In this document: one piece after another, positions 22,822 to 35,630 of the stretch
Layout: the number at the start of each line of letters is the position of its first letter
Numbering within the stretch: the stretch's first letter is position 1
Assembly (NCBI RefSeq): GCF_001194135.2
Contig: NC_068984.1
Coordinates: 118,619,346-118,683,345 of the forward strand
Direction of reading: 5' to 3'
Length of the DNA: 64,000 nt
Origin: Octopus bimaculoides
Lineage: Eukaryota
Position numbers and translations under genes: made by a program
Notes under the pieces: generated by a model
Database searches by the model: none
Told to the model about the DNA's origin: nothing
The model's input: the letters and a program-made list of their open reading frames with translations, nothing else

Positions 22822-25313
22822 TGCGTGTGTGTGTAAAGGGTATGAAATCAAACTGCAACTGTTGGTGAGTGTTCCAGTTTAGGAATTCTGGAGTTGTGGG
22901 GAGTATAGATTCACCCTTCAATTGCATTACTCCTAGGTCCATTCTGACATGGAACAGTAGTACCTGTCAAGGAACCATACATGGGTTAAATAGATTTCCC
23001 AGGAGTAGAGGCAGCTCCTTTTATTTTTGTCAAAGTCACAAAGAAGACAGTACTTCTAGGAGAAAGGTATTCTGACATAAAACTTGCAGTCAAAATTGTA
23101 TCAATCATCTTCCAATGCTTGCGACTGGAACCTGCTAGGACAACCAAGAGAGTGGCAAAAGTGTTATACAAGCTTTTGTCACTTAAAACCATTGTTTTGT
23201 GATCTGTTGTGTATTTTGTAGTCCTACAGTAATGGACATGTTGCATGAAATGTCATATCCATACATATGTAAGCAGGAAAGTAAATCAGAACAATCAGAC
23301 TAAATAATATATGGCTATCATCTGACAAAATGAAGCAATCACCATGTATATATGTGTGTGTGTATCCACAATCACTCATATGCAAAAGTGCAGTGATCTG
23401 CATTGTTTTTAGTTGCTTCTGTCAAGAAACCATCCTTTGAAGATGTATGGGGTAAGTGATCTCTCAGTTGAAATTCAAAGGAAAGGTGTCCAGTTGTTAA
23501 ACAATGACTCAACATATTTGTCTAACCCATGCAAGCAAGAGTGAGAAAGAAAAAAAACAGGAGAGCTTAGCAAAATATGTTTTGAGACATTCATTAAGAA
23601 ATATTTACGTTTCATGAAACAGAGACTACACAGTTATGTACTAATTTCACAGATAATCTTTATCCTAAGCAATGCATTCTTTGGACATTGTATACAACAG
23701 GCAACTTTTAATACTCGATCAATTTCTTTCAACTCTACTGAAAATATTATTAATAAAGAGAACAGAATGATTTAGCTGTGTTTTGCTGCCTGAAATAGCA
23801 TATTGCGAAGCAGTTATATTTAGTATGAAATCTACATCTAAAGAAAAACGTTTTTAAAAGAGGCTTGCTCATAAAAGCTAACTTCAGTTTCACTGATGCA
23901 GTAGCTTGCTTTTCTGGCTAATACAACTGAAATCTTTTTAGCTACAATGTAGTCCACATACTCTTAAATAATCTTACAATAATTGGATGATTGAAGATTT
24001 AATGAAATCGTCAATATTAGCTTAAAGCAGACAGTATTTACATTAACAGTTTTTCATACAGCTTCTGGCACGACTGCTTATCTTTAGGGGATAATTTCAC
24101 TCTTATGACGTCAATTGATCACATTTTAGAAATTCACTTGGAGAATTTCACAATGTATCTGAATGTGTAACTTATTCAATACTGTACTCTCTCTAGTCTA
24201 AAACTTAGATGACAAATAAACCATGCAACACCACATTACACTAAAAGAACTGACACCAACGGAAGCTTTTTTTTTACAGTTTAGAAATATGAACTCAGTG
24301 TTCTTTGATCATATTTATAACCTTTTATTTAGATACATCTCTTTCATGTTAATGACAACATATATTTCTATCACTCATTTATATAACCTCATTAAAATAT
24401 TTAAAGCTAGTCATCTATCTTTAAACGTATTAGATCTTATATCATCTAAAAAATATTATCAATATTTGTTGTCAAATGAGAGAAGCAACAAATTGTTATC
24501 ATCATCATCATCAACATTTAATGTCTATTTTCCATGCTGGCATGGGTTGGACGACAAGATTATTAATATTACCTTTGTGTAAATCACATATTTATAATGT
24601 TCCTCCTGACATGTGTTACCTAACAGGTAATTCTTTTCTTAATCCCTGTATAGTTCTAAGAGACTCGAATTAACAAATGTCATCATCTGCTTCTTGATGT
24701 AAGGGAACTGGAATAAATTGAACTGCAAAAGCTTTGAAACATTGAACTTAATGCTTGTTTCGAATTTTCTGTCATATTAAAAAAAATGGTGCTCATCAGA
24801 ATCTTTAAGACAACAACTGCCAGTCAAAATACAGACAGTGTCCTGGCCAACTCAGGAACACATTACATTTAGACCATGACATCTGATCTAAATTTCATTT
24901 TACCTCTCATCTGAGATGGATGATTAGGACATAGGGTGGTTGCTTCATTTGAGCTGCCGAGAGCTTAAAATAGGATTGGAGGAATGTAAATAAGTACACT
25001 AACATAGAGGAAATCCATGGTGACCTCACATTTTTACATGGATAGATGGAGGTGGCTAGTGTTGTGATAGAAAGATAGGAAAATATTGTGGTGATGAGGT
25101 GCCAGACATATCCTCAAGGTAACATGTCCAGGAAGATGAACGAGAAAAGGAAGTTGATTTCAGTGACTAAATCTTTCAAAGTGGTACCTCAGCATAACCA
25201 CAGTCCAATGAGTGAAACAAGTAAAATGAATATAAGAGAGAGGGGGGGGGGGTGAGAGAGAGCGTCTCATAAAGCGAGATTTATATATCTTAATTTGCAG
25301 AGGAATTTGTAAT

Positions 25314-25389
25314 GGGTAGTTTAGCTTAATCAGTCAAAGCATCGTGACATGTAATCATGGTGATGTGAGTTCGAGTCCACAGCTAGCCA
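25314..25389 (+). pseudogene. tRNA-like sequence (Thr, TGT-like anticodon); probably a pseudogene or SINE head
   Basis: 76 nt with acceptor arm gggtagt/gctagcc (one mismatch), anticodon stem cgtga/tcatg around catgtaa, and T loop ttcgagt. The T stem is imperfect and position 33 is A. Confidence 0.5.
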
Positions 25390-26049
25390 CCTACACTTTT
25401 CTCTGCAAAATAGGGGTAGTTTATCCTGTTCAGGCTATATTATTAGCATTATTCTGCGATTGAGAATTTAAAATCACTTCTTTAACTTTCACAAATATAT
25501 ATATATATACACACACATAAATATACATACATATATATATATATATACACACACAAATATATATATACACACATAAATATATATATATATACACACATAT
25601 ATATATATATATACATACACATACACAAACACACACGTGTGTACATGTACAAACACACTGTATAGTTTCATGCTATCCATTCTTGAGAGTATAGATTTTT
25701 AGTTTGGGCCAAATGCCAAAAGTTTATGGGATATATGTATATACAATTGAATCCAATCTAGTATGTAACAGGCAATTACTTTATTGAATCTACAAAGATG
25801 AAAGCGCAGACAATCCTGTTGGGATTTGAACTTTGAATGTAAAGGAACCTAGCAAAACATCATTTATAATTCTCCAACTCATTAACCTATTTATTTACAA
25901 AAAAAAAAAAATCCACCTGCCTCTTGTTTACCAGTCAAGGCTGCGACAATTTAAATGGTGCCAAGTTTGCCTCTTGCTCACTGAAATATGTATGTGTAAA
26001 CATAACAAATATCAAACACATATTTCTTTACCGCATTATGTAATAATCC

Positions 26050-26265
26050 TTTCTACTAAAGGCACAAGGCCTGAAACTTTGGGGGAGGTGGAGCTTGTAA
26101 ATTACATCGACCCCAGTGTTTCACTGGTACTTAATTTATTGACCCTGAAAGGATGAAAGGGAAAATCTACCTTGGCGGAATTTGAACTCAGAATGTAAAG
26201 ATGGGCAAAATACCGTTAAGCATTTTGTCGAGCATGCTAACGATTCTGTGCCAGCTTTCCACCTT
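26050..26265 (-). mobile_element. SINE family A
   Basis: atcgaccccagtgtttcactggtactt...ggatgaaagggaaaatctaccttggcggaatttgaactcag. Confidence 0.8.
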
Positions 26266-26274
26266 AATTGCATT

Positions 26275-26465
26275 CATCATCATCACCATCGTTTAACGTC
26301 CACCTTCCATGCTAGCATGGGTTGGACGATTTGACTGAGGACTGGCAAACCAGATGGCTACACCAGGTTCCAATCTGATTTGGCAGAGTTTCTACAGTTG
26401 GATGCCCTTCCTAACGCCAACCACTCCGAGAGTGTAGTGGGTGCTTTTACGTGCCACCGGCACCA
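26275..26465 (-). mobile_element. RTE-tail SINE, family D
   Basis: catcatcatcaccatcgtttaacgtccaccttccatgctagcatgggttggacg...ggatgcccttcctaacgcc. Confidence 0.8.
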
Positions 26466-26531
26466 TACCTTCTAGTTTTGTCCTCTAGCTATCTTTAGTG
26501 AGTTAACTGGCACTCTGTCAATTACAAGGAA

Positions 26532-26833
26532 TAGGGTTCCAGTTGATCCAATCAACAGAACAGCCTGCTTGTGAAATTAATGTGTTTGTGGCTGAACACT
26601 CCACAGAGATGCGTACCCTTAACATAGCTCTCAGGGAGATTCAGCGTGACACAGAGTGTGACAAGGCCAGCCCTTTGAAATGCAGGTACTACTCATTTTT
26701 GCCAGCTGAGCAGACTGGAGCAATGTGAAATAAAGTGTCTTACTCAAGGACACAATGTGTCACCGGGAATTGAACTCACAACCTTACGATTGTGAGCCAA
26801 ATACCCTAACCACTAAGCCACGTGCCTTCACAT
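26532..26833 (-). mobile_element. tRNA-derived SINE, family H
   Basis: On the minus strand, a tRNA-like head (ggcttagtggttagggtatttgg...gtgagttcaattcccgg) is followed by a unique body ending ggatcaactggaaccct. Confidence 0.75.
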
Positions 26834-27449
26834 TGTGAGTAAATAGGTAAGTGTAGATACTTGTTTTCAAATCTGCACTCATTGGATATAGAAAGTGGTA
26901 CCATAACATGGGTACCATCAATTTAGTTTTATTATCAGATAATATTTATTTGTCATATATAATATTATTTGTCACATATAATACAAAGTCACTTGCTTCT
27001 TGTTTGCAGATCCATTAATAGGGGGAGGGGGACACTGCTTACATTAACAAAAATACACTTGACTAAAAACAAAACCTGACCTAAACCAAGAGACCCTCTA
27101 TGTGGTCATTCAACCATGTAGAAACAGCAGTAAATATCTCTCAGATCACAACCTACCTGTTTAAGAAATGAAAGAACACACTGTTGTATAATGTAGTTCT
27201 AGAAATATTAAGTCTGGAAAGAAGACAAAATGAGTATAGTTAAAACTTGTTTGATTGTCGGTCAGTTGGATCAAGGCTGACCTGATGACAAACAACAAAA
27301 TTCAACACAGTGTTGGATTGGATTTTGTTCAGATCATATGAAACCTATATGAGAACACTTAATGAGAAAATAAATATAAAAGAAGACTTATTTCTACCAA
27401 GGAGCATTAGTAAAAAGTTTCCTTGAAGGTTTGTGTTGAATTTTGTTTT

Positions 27450-27695
27450 CTGTTAACAGTTTTATTAGCATATTTTTGTTAACACACACTGCCATTGTTT
27501 CACTTCATTTTTAAAAATAATGAGGAATTTAGTAAAATATTATTTTGCTATTATTAAGTTTGTGTTTGGGACATAGATTAACATAAATTAAAATGAAAAT
27601 TTGATGGAAGATCTTAGTTTACATCACTTTAAAAAAGCAAGTTTGTGTTATTGAGCCAAAGGTGGCTTTAGACAGGTTTGCATTAAAAGGGTTAA
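27450..27695 (-). mobile_element. piggyBac-type MITE, family J
   Basis: Reverse family-J body ending aaaagggTTAA. Confidence 0.65.
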
Positions 27696-28699
27696 AAGGT
27701 ATAAAATCAAGAAGTGAGTATATACATCTTACAAATTTTTAAGCAAAAGAGTATCTGAAAATTAAAGTAAATTAAAATGTACAGAAATTCCAAGAAGCCA
27801 ATTCTTCATCTTGAAGATAATTTCAAACCAACCACAGATGAAATGTTTTTAAAAGGGTTTTGAATACAGTCATAATGATCTATGTTTAGACAATAGAAAA
27901 TAGAAGCTTAATAAGTCTACCAGGAATGTCAAATGTTCAACTACAGTAAAATCATTCCTTTTTATGTTGGTTTTACATATTAAGGAAAACATTTCAAATA
28001 TACTATCTTTAGTCCTAATTTACAAAATTGCTATTATTTTCTAAAATGTTCTCTGTGTTGGACAAACTACTATCAAGATGTACAAAATCATGTCAGTTAA
28101 ATATTGCTATCTCAAAATCCAAACTTATCGTTAAAGACACTAACAAAAGCATTTCTTTTACATCTTCAAATAATACAACTATTCCTTGAGTTCATGTACA
28201 CAATTTTACCTCTTGACAGCTGCCTGAGTGTAAAATTAAGAACATATGCTGTGAATCCCTATTGATATGAATTTCTTCAAATAAACAAGTCTTCAATGGT
28301 TTGTTTTTATTGAAATTAGCCATTTTAATACATTTTCCATTAAACCGCACATATTTTTGTAACATGTATCCCTACACAGAAGCAATAAATATGTTTAACA
28401 TTGGAATTTTGCTATTTTAGCAAGAGAAAACCTCTTAAAGAACCTACCAAAGATGGAGCCCCATCAGTATAAATTCTAATGCATGACTTGCATAAAAAAA
28501 AATTCTATTTTCCAAAGTATGAAGATAAACTATTGAAGCCATCTTTACAGCCTGAGCTGTAAAGCAGTAACAAATAAATATGACTGTAGCATGTTAAAGT
28601 AGCAATAATGTTAAAGTAGCAATAATGTTAAAGCAGCAATAAATAAATATGACTATAGCATGGGAGACATGTGTTAGCCATTCAAAATGCATGAAGACT

Positions 28700-29125
28700 T
28701 CACTTAAACATTTATCATTTGGGGCAAAGTATTGAAGGCCGATCTCAAGACGCTGAGCCTTACAAAGAAGATGACAGAGGACCGAGATATGTGGCACGTT
28801 GCTGTGCTCAAGACCTGCCCACTGCAACAGAATTGAGATCCTAAAACATGTGCCACATACAAAACATTGGTATGGGTGCTGGTGCCATGTAAAAAGCACT
28901 GGTGGTGGTGCCACATAAAAAGTACTGGTGTTGGTGCCATATAAAAAGCACCCAGTACACTCTGTAAAGTGGTTGGCATTAGGAAGGACATCTGACCATA
29001 GAAACCAAGTCAAAATAGAATATGGAACCTGGTGCAGGCCATGGTCTTTCCGGTTCTTGTCAAGTTGTTCCAACTCATGCCAGCATGGAAAACAGGCGTT
29101 AAATGTTGATGCTGCTGCTGATGAT
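28700..29125 (+). mobile_element. RTE LINE 3' end plus family-D tail
   Basis: ccttacaaagaagatgacagaggaccgagatatgtggcacgttgctgtgctcaagacc is followed by the family-D tail. Confidence 0.7.
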
Positions 29126-31134
29126 GTCAAAATTTTCTTTGCACAAACTGCAACCTGATTACTGACAAGGCTATACTGCATTTCTTGTGAGTGACCAGAT
29201 CACAATCCGTGCGACAAAGATTTTGACACCATGTTACAAACAAAACGTGTTTACATGAAGTTAACAGTGTTTGTGTGTTTCTGAATGGCTAATTAATACA
29301 TATCCTCTATGCTGCAATCATTTTAGTTTCAACACGTGGTCTCAGACCAAATCATTCACATGGCAAGTACATCTCCAAATTGAATAAAGTAAAATGAAAT
29401 AAAACCTTATTTACAATTTATTATTTTTTTAATCTCTATCTCAATAAAATTAATAAATGTAAGTATTTAAGATTTGTTATTTAATGCCAATAGCTTTGTC
29501 AGCTTACAAAGTGAATTCTGTATTTTAAAATCTATTTCATCTATTTTCTTCCATATCTGCTGATGGATCCACTATTTGTCAATGTATCGTATTATCTGAG
29601 AGGATTATTGTGATTATGCCTTGTTCTGATTCATTTCCCCAACACTGTTTTAACCAGCTTTCTGCAGGTGGGGAAAATAATTGATTCAAGTAAAGTGTGA
29701 AATGAGTGAGAGAGAGAGAAAGTGTGTTTGTGTGTAAGTGTTTCCACGTGTGCATGTGTGTGTGAATGCTTGTATGTGTGCACGTGTGAGTGCTTGTATG
29801 TGTGCATGTATGTGTGTGTGTGTCTGCTTGTGTGTGTGTGTGAGAGAGTGAGAGAGGGAGTGCTTGTACGTATGTGTGTAAGTGCTTGTATGTGTGCATG
29901 TGTACACACACACAATCATTTCAGCTATCTCAACAAAAGTGGTTTAAGTTTTCTAAAACTGTTAACCTTTTCCAAATAGTCTCTTTTGATTGAATACATT
30001 GGTTTTCTTTGGAAATAGTTTAAATCTTTTCCTTGAAGATATGGCTATTTAGATGTAAAATATAAATATATTCTTAACTTGTTTGGTATCCATGGCTTCA
30101 TTCGACATTTTTTTTAGCTACACACAATATACAGTGAAAAATGTTGATCATCATTTGCAATCCAAACAAGGCCAAAATTTAAATATCTATTGCAATATCA
30201 ATGACTGAGCCATACCTTCATCTTATTAACATTAACCCTTTAGCATTTAAATTAGCCATGTCAAGCCGAAAGCTACCTTTTTTTTAATCTTCAAACTGGC
30301 CAGATCTGGGATTACCCTATAATTTTATTCTAGATATAAACAATCATGTCAATGAAATCTCAATGCTACAAAGTAATGCATGTCTAAATCAAATCAATGT
30401 GAATAAATAAGCATTACATTTGATTAAATAGTTAAGCCTTATTGCTTTTGAGGAATGTTCACTTTCAGATTCACAATCACCACTGCTATGTTTCTTCTTA
30501 ATAAATAAACTTATCCGTTGTATGACTAAATATACTTGTCTTGGGCAGTTAACATTCAAGAATGGCACAATGGATGCATCATCATTGTTATCCTTCATTT
30601 CCCTTATCTAACGTTCATGATCCCCACTGGTATGGGTTAGATGGTTTGACAGGATCTGATAGGTCCAAGGATTGCATCATGCTCCAATGTCTACTTTGGC
30701 AGAGTTTCTATGGCTGGATGTTCTTCCTAATTCCAATTTCAACTGCTTTACAGTGTGTATTGAGTGCTTTTTTTTTTTCATGGCACCAGTACTAGTGAGG
30801 TCATCATGGAACTTGCAAGACTAAGATCCCATTCAACTAAGTGGAGTTAAGAGAAAGGGCTAAAAAAAAAACAGGTTTCTTGCTGTAGAGGAGCTATATG
30901 ATTACTTACATTATAGATGAGAGCCATTTCAGAATATTGATATTGTAATCCACAATCTATCGCAATCTGCTCAGAAGTTTAATTTTAGGGTGTTTTACCT
31001 TTAGCAAACAAACTGGCCAAAGCAGACCTAAATAATCTACCTGTTTTGGGTTCAAATTGGCCACATCAGACCTCTCACAACTACCCTGCAATGTCATTCT
31101 AAAATTAAACAAATATATCATCGAAATCTCATGT

Positions 31135-31440
31135 AAGTATAATAATAATGAACTTATTGTATATAGTGCTCAGGTACTCTACAACTTATCAGAAAAAGTA
31201 ACCAAAACTGCATGAAAAATACACAGAATATGAACGGGAAGTGAACAGTGAAAATGTCTTTTAAGAGGAGAAAAAAAAGTAAGGAAGAAAAAGAAATGGG
31301 GGGGGGCATCAGGTGTACTATTGGTGAATTTCAGGAAGCATGGAAGTTTTGAAGGATGTAATGTCTTGACAGCTAAAGACTGATGCAGATAGTTTATTCC
31401 ATGCTTCAGCAATTCTGAGTGTGTAAAAATGTTTATCAAA
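31135..31440 (-). mobile_element. CR1-like LINE 3' end inserted into a piggyBac-type MITE
   Basis: Minus strand translates to KHFYTLRIAEAWNKLSASVFSCQDITSFKTSMLPEI with a (TTA)n tail. Family-I MITE halves lie at about 30990-31130 and 31440-31515. Confidence 0.75.
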
Positions 31441-31515
31441 AGGTATGATTAATTGAAGACAATGTGAATAAACAAGCATTATATTTGACAGAATAATCTG
31501 AATACTAAAGAGTTA

Positions 31516-32026
31516 AATTCGAACATGACAATGACCCAAAGCATGTGCTAGTAGGCTCGAGATTATCTTGATCTAAAACAGATAAATATATTACCCTCGC
31601 CTTCTCAATCAGCTGATATGAACCCCTTTGGTAGTTTAAGGGAAATTTTGAAAATTGGATTAAACGGAAAGAAATTTAAAATGGTTCCTGATTTAAAGAC
31701 ATTTATGATTAACAGATGAGGAGAAGTAACTGAAGAAACATGAAATGGTAGAATCATCAGTCAAAAAAAAAAAAGGAAGAAAAAACAATTTAAGGGACTA
31801 AAATTAGTCATACCAATTATTAATTGAAATTTTTTTTTCTTTTGACGTAGAGAATATTTACATTCAAAATAATTTTAATTTGATTAGTAAAAATGAAAAT
31901 GATTGTGCAATTGAAAATTTACTTGTTTTCTATTAGCAACTTAATTTGTTTTATTATTTATTTTAAGTCTTATGATCAAAATCATAACTGATTTTTAAAT
32001 TTTCATTTTACTTTTTATGCACTGTA
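31516..32026 (+). mobile_element. Tc1-like transposase C-terminal fossil
   Basis: FEHDNDPKH and PSQSADMNPF remnants; terminal ...ttttatgcactgTA. Confidence 0.65.
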
Positions 32027-32321
32027 TGCAAATGACCGCATAAAAAACAGAAACCACAAACCACTCCCTCACTTCTATTCTGAGTTTAGTTTGGTTGACA
32101 TGCTTACAGTTATATTCTGAATTATATATTAAAACTTATATTTAAAATTTCAGTTTGTATTTTGCATGTTCTTTTAGACATAATGTTTCTATTTTTGTCA
32201 TACCCCAAGCTACATCTCATGGCACACCAGTGTGTCACAGAACTATGTTAGAAACCACTAATATAAGAGATACCCTCATAGGTTTTGTCTTAGCAATGGT
32301 TGATGTTTTAAGTGTAAATAT

Positions 32322-32555
32322 TTAACCCTTAAGCATTTAAACTGACCATATCTGGCCCAAATATTTTATGTTCAAACCCATTTTATGTTCAAACCAGTCA
32401 GAACCAGCCTCTCACATCTGCCCTAGAATGTCATTCTAAAACTAAACAATTACATCATCAGAATCTTGAAGCCATAATTTAATACATGCTTAATTCAAAA
32501 GAATATGAATAAATAAGCAATGCATTTGACAGTAATCTGAGTGTTTAAGGGTTAA
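32322..32555 (+). mobile_element. piggyBac-type MITE, family I
   Basis: TTAA-ccctt...aaggg-TTAA termini; body shared with 32785-32995 and 55291-55516. Confidence 0.8.
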
Positions 32556-32784
32556 ACAAAAAGCAAGATTATTTGGCTGCTAAGTTTCCCCAAACACTTG
32601 ACAATTACGAGATAACAGTTTTTAGAAGACTTCCTCCTCTGCCAGTTTAAGTAAATTTACAGGCACACATCTGCACACACACATACACACATGTACACTT
32701 GCATAGGATGTAGAAACATCGACAAAAAGTTAGGTACTAGCAAGCTAAAACATGAACCCCAGCATAACCATTATCCTTTGCAGT

Positions 32785-32995
32785 TTAACCCTTTAGCATT
32801 TAAACCATCTATATCTAGTTTTATGTTTAAACTATCCAGATCTAGCGTCTCATACCTACCCAACAATGTCATCCAAAACATAAACAGTTACATCATCAAA
32901 ATTTCAAAGCTACAGAATAATCCATAATTAATGCAAAACAATGTAAATGAATAAGTATTACATTTGGCAGAGTAATCTGAATGTTAAAGGGTTAA
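32785..32995 (+). mobile_element. piggyBac-type MITE, family I
   Basis: TTAAccctttagcattt...tgttaaagggTTAA. Confidence 0.82.
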
Positions 32996-33382
32996 ACTAA
33001 GAGGGGGTGTTTTGATTCAAAATTTTTCCCCATTCATTTTGTGTACATACATATTAACATATAAAAAGGGATAAAATATTTAATTTCTTTTCTAAACTGA
33101 AAATGAATTAAAACTTGAAATGGAAAAAAAAAATAACTGCACACTTTTTTTTTATGTGAATATCATTTTTTTTTTTCATAAATTCAGTGGCAGTTCATGT
33201 TAAAATTTCAAATTCAATTGTTGAAATTTTTTTAAATTTATTCACTCATAACCTACCATTAGCAAAAATCTGACATCATTTATTATTTTGTTTGCATAAA
33301 AATTAAAACACCTTAGATGTTATCAATTTGAAATTTCCTCAGTTCAAAAGAACACACGAATATATGTATTTTACTGCATCAA

Positions 33383-33477
33383 ACAATTGTTTATTAATTA
33401 GAATGACAACTATTTGCAAGTCTCTCACAATTGTTTGTTAATAAGAATGACAACTATTTGCGAGTCTCACAATTGTT
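33383..33477. repeat. Tandem duplication of about 43 bp (2.2 copies)
   Basis: acaattgttt.ttaat.agaatgacaactatttgc.agtctc occurs twice, plus a partial third copy. Confidence 0.9.
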
Positions 33478-33549
33478 GATTCCCCTAATAAATATATAGC
33501 TAAATGTAAAAGAAAAAATATAATAAAAAATTTCAATGGAAAGACTTAC

Positions 33550-33655
33550 CACAACTATCACGTATTACAAGATCTCTTCCTTCTTGGAGTAGTACAACAA
33601 GTTGAAAGAATGGATGCTGCAAAAGGTTGCTTTGATGTTGTCGAGATGAACCTTC
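33550..33655 (-). CDS. MCTP: MCTP coding exon (start of C2A domain): EGSSRQHQSNLLQHPFFQLVVLLQEGRDLVIRDSCG
   Basis: Minus strand reads tttttccag|GAAGGT...AGTTGTG|gtaagt. It is 106 nt, phase 0 to phase 1, with an open frame. FQLVVLLQEGRDLVIRD matches the MCTP C2A beta-1/loop-1 motif, and the terminal G joins GA of the 16289 exon to give Gly in RDSCG-TSDPY. Confidence 0.93.
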
Positions 33656-34814
33656 CTGGAAAAACAGATAGAATAAATCTGATTATAATAATGGCTTCTT
33701 ATATTGGCATGGAGCCTGGAGGGAGGAAACGAGAGAATTCTGACAATAATGTATTTCCTAATAGTATTAATGATGTGAAGTGGAATGGTTCTAATTGAAG
33801 AAGAAATTGGGCAGGAGTTAAATTTGTTTTCCAAAAATAACAGTTTCCTTGTACGAAAACACAGATGTTCAATTTAGTTTCTAGATTTTAGGAGTGATAA
33901 CAAAAATTGTTATATTTTGATAGTGTGTGTGTATGTATGTGTGTGTGTGCATATGTGTGTGTTTGTGTTTATGTGTGTGCACGCTTGCATAGGTTGTGTA
34001 ACTCTGCAAGTTTGGATAATTTTCTATAAAAAAGAAACAAAAGTAGACATTTTACAACTAGTTGTTGTTTAACCCCAAAGTAAGCCCTCGTAGAACAGGC
34101 CTATGATCAGATGTTCCAGCTATGACCCTCCTGCCTTTGTTTTTTGGGTTTTTTTTAGGTATCTTGGCCCATAGTATCCAATATTCTTTGGCAGATAACA
34201 GCTGGTCATCTGAGAGAGATTTAATTATTATCTATCGCAGAGCCTCTCCCAACATTTTCTGAATTAAATTACTGAAGGTACCCCCCGCCCCCATACACAC
34301 ATACATACATACATGCATAGACAGACAAATAGAAGTGGTGCCTCTAAAGATTAAGCATCTAAATAACAATTGATCACAATCCTTATTTTCAGGTCAAACA
34401 GTACAGTATAAACTATATCAAGAAGAATTATGTTTGACAACATCTACAGTGAAGTCAATAATATGTTTAAAAGGAAAGTACCCCCAAGGGAGCATTCTGC
34501 ATATTAAATACACATGCTGTCAGGACTCACATAAATGATGTATGAAATTCAAAAACTTCAACTGAACAACAAGGAATATTAATGCAATCAGTAGACAAAA
34601 GGTCTCGTAAGGAATGTTTAAAATCTAACAATAAACAAGAAAGGTAACTCAAATAAAATCATATTTTAGTCAACTATCTTTTGGAAGCCACAATTACTAA
34701 AAATGAGTGAACTAGTTGCAGGAAGAATGATTCAAACAATTTTAATTTAAAGATCAGATATTTTGGGCAGTGAATTTAATATTGTGATGTAAAGTGCAGG
34801 ACTGGCAAGGTGTA

Positions 34815-34965
34815 AAGGCATGGCTGTGTGGTTAAGAAGTCTGCTTGCCAACCATGTGATTTTGGGTTCAGTTTTACTTGACAGCACCATGTGTTTTCTA
34901 CAATGGCCTCAGGCCAACCAAAGACTTGTAAGTGGATTTGGTAGATGGAAATCAAAAGTAGCCCC
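34815..34965 (+). mobile_element. SINE family B
   Basis: aggcatggctgtgtggttaagaagtctgcttgccaaccatgtg...gtggatttggtagatggaaa. Confidence 0.75.
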
Positions 34966-34999
34966 CCACCCCCACCCAACACACACATGTATATATGTG

Positions 35000-35300
35000 A
35001 AGGCACATAGCCTAGTGGTTAGGGTGTTGTACTCATAATCACTAGACTGTGGCTTCGATTCCTGGACTGGACAACACATTGTTATTCTTGAGCAAAACAT
35101 TTCATTTCACGTTGCTCTGCAGTCTTTTCAACATCAGACATGTGGCACAGTTATGCAACCTATACAGATAATGTCAGTTTGATGGAGGGAGTGAGCTTAT
35201 GTGAACACAAATATTTAAGCTCTATAAACAAATCATCTGTGTGGTTGTTCAGCAAGAAATTGCAAAAATTTCATCCATCATCTAATGACAGGAGAGTTCA
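35000..35300 (+). mobile_element. tRNA-derived SINE, family G
   Basis: aggcacatagcctagtggttagggtgttg...ttcgattcc head; homologous to 39492-39785. Confidence 0.75.
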
Positions 35301-35419
35301 TAACATAACTATCTATCTATCTATCTATCTATTATATATGTATATAATTATAATATTTTTGTAAGATTTAAAACTTAGAAGCAGTCATTGTGTATTAACT
35401 AAAGAAAATAGTCTAATAT

Positions 35420-35630
35420 TTAATTCTTTATTGCCCACAGGGGGCTAAACATAGGGTTTAAGTTGATTACACCGACCCCAATGCGTAACTGGTACTTATT
35501 TAATCGACCCCGAAAGGGTAAAAGGCAAAGTCGACCTCGGCGGAGTTTGAACTCAGAGCGTAATGGCAGATGAAAAACCGCTAAGCATTTCGCCCGGTGT
35601 ACTAATGATTTTGATAGCTCGCCACCCTTA
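35420..35630 (-). mobile_element. SINE family A
   Basis: Reverse family-A copy with intact core and tRNA-like head. Confidence 0.85.

Noticed and set aside
22880-23246. ORF 22986..23246 and neighbours
   Set aside because: They overlap a repeat-like segment and have no splice-compatible link to MCTP or recognisable domain.
28560-28663. Nested short duplications (atgttaaagtagcaata x2-3)
   Set aside because: Ordinary slippage repeat with no spacer structure; not CRISPR-like.
29690-29910. GT-rich compound repeat producing three overlapping H/T-rich ORFs
   Set aside because: Degenerate microsatellite/minisatellite; the ORFs are artefacts.
33610-33798. Plus-strand ORF MDAAKGCFDVVEMNLPGK...
   Set aside because: It is the antisense shadow of the real minus-strand MCTP exon and its upstream intron.
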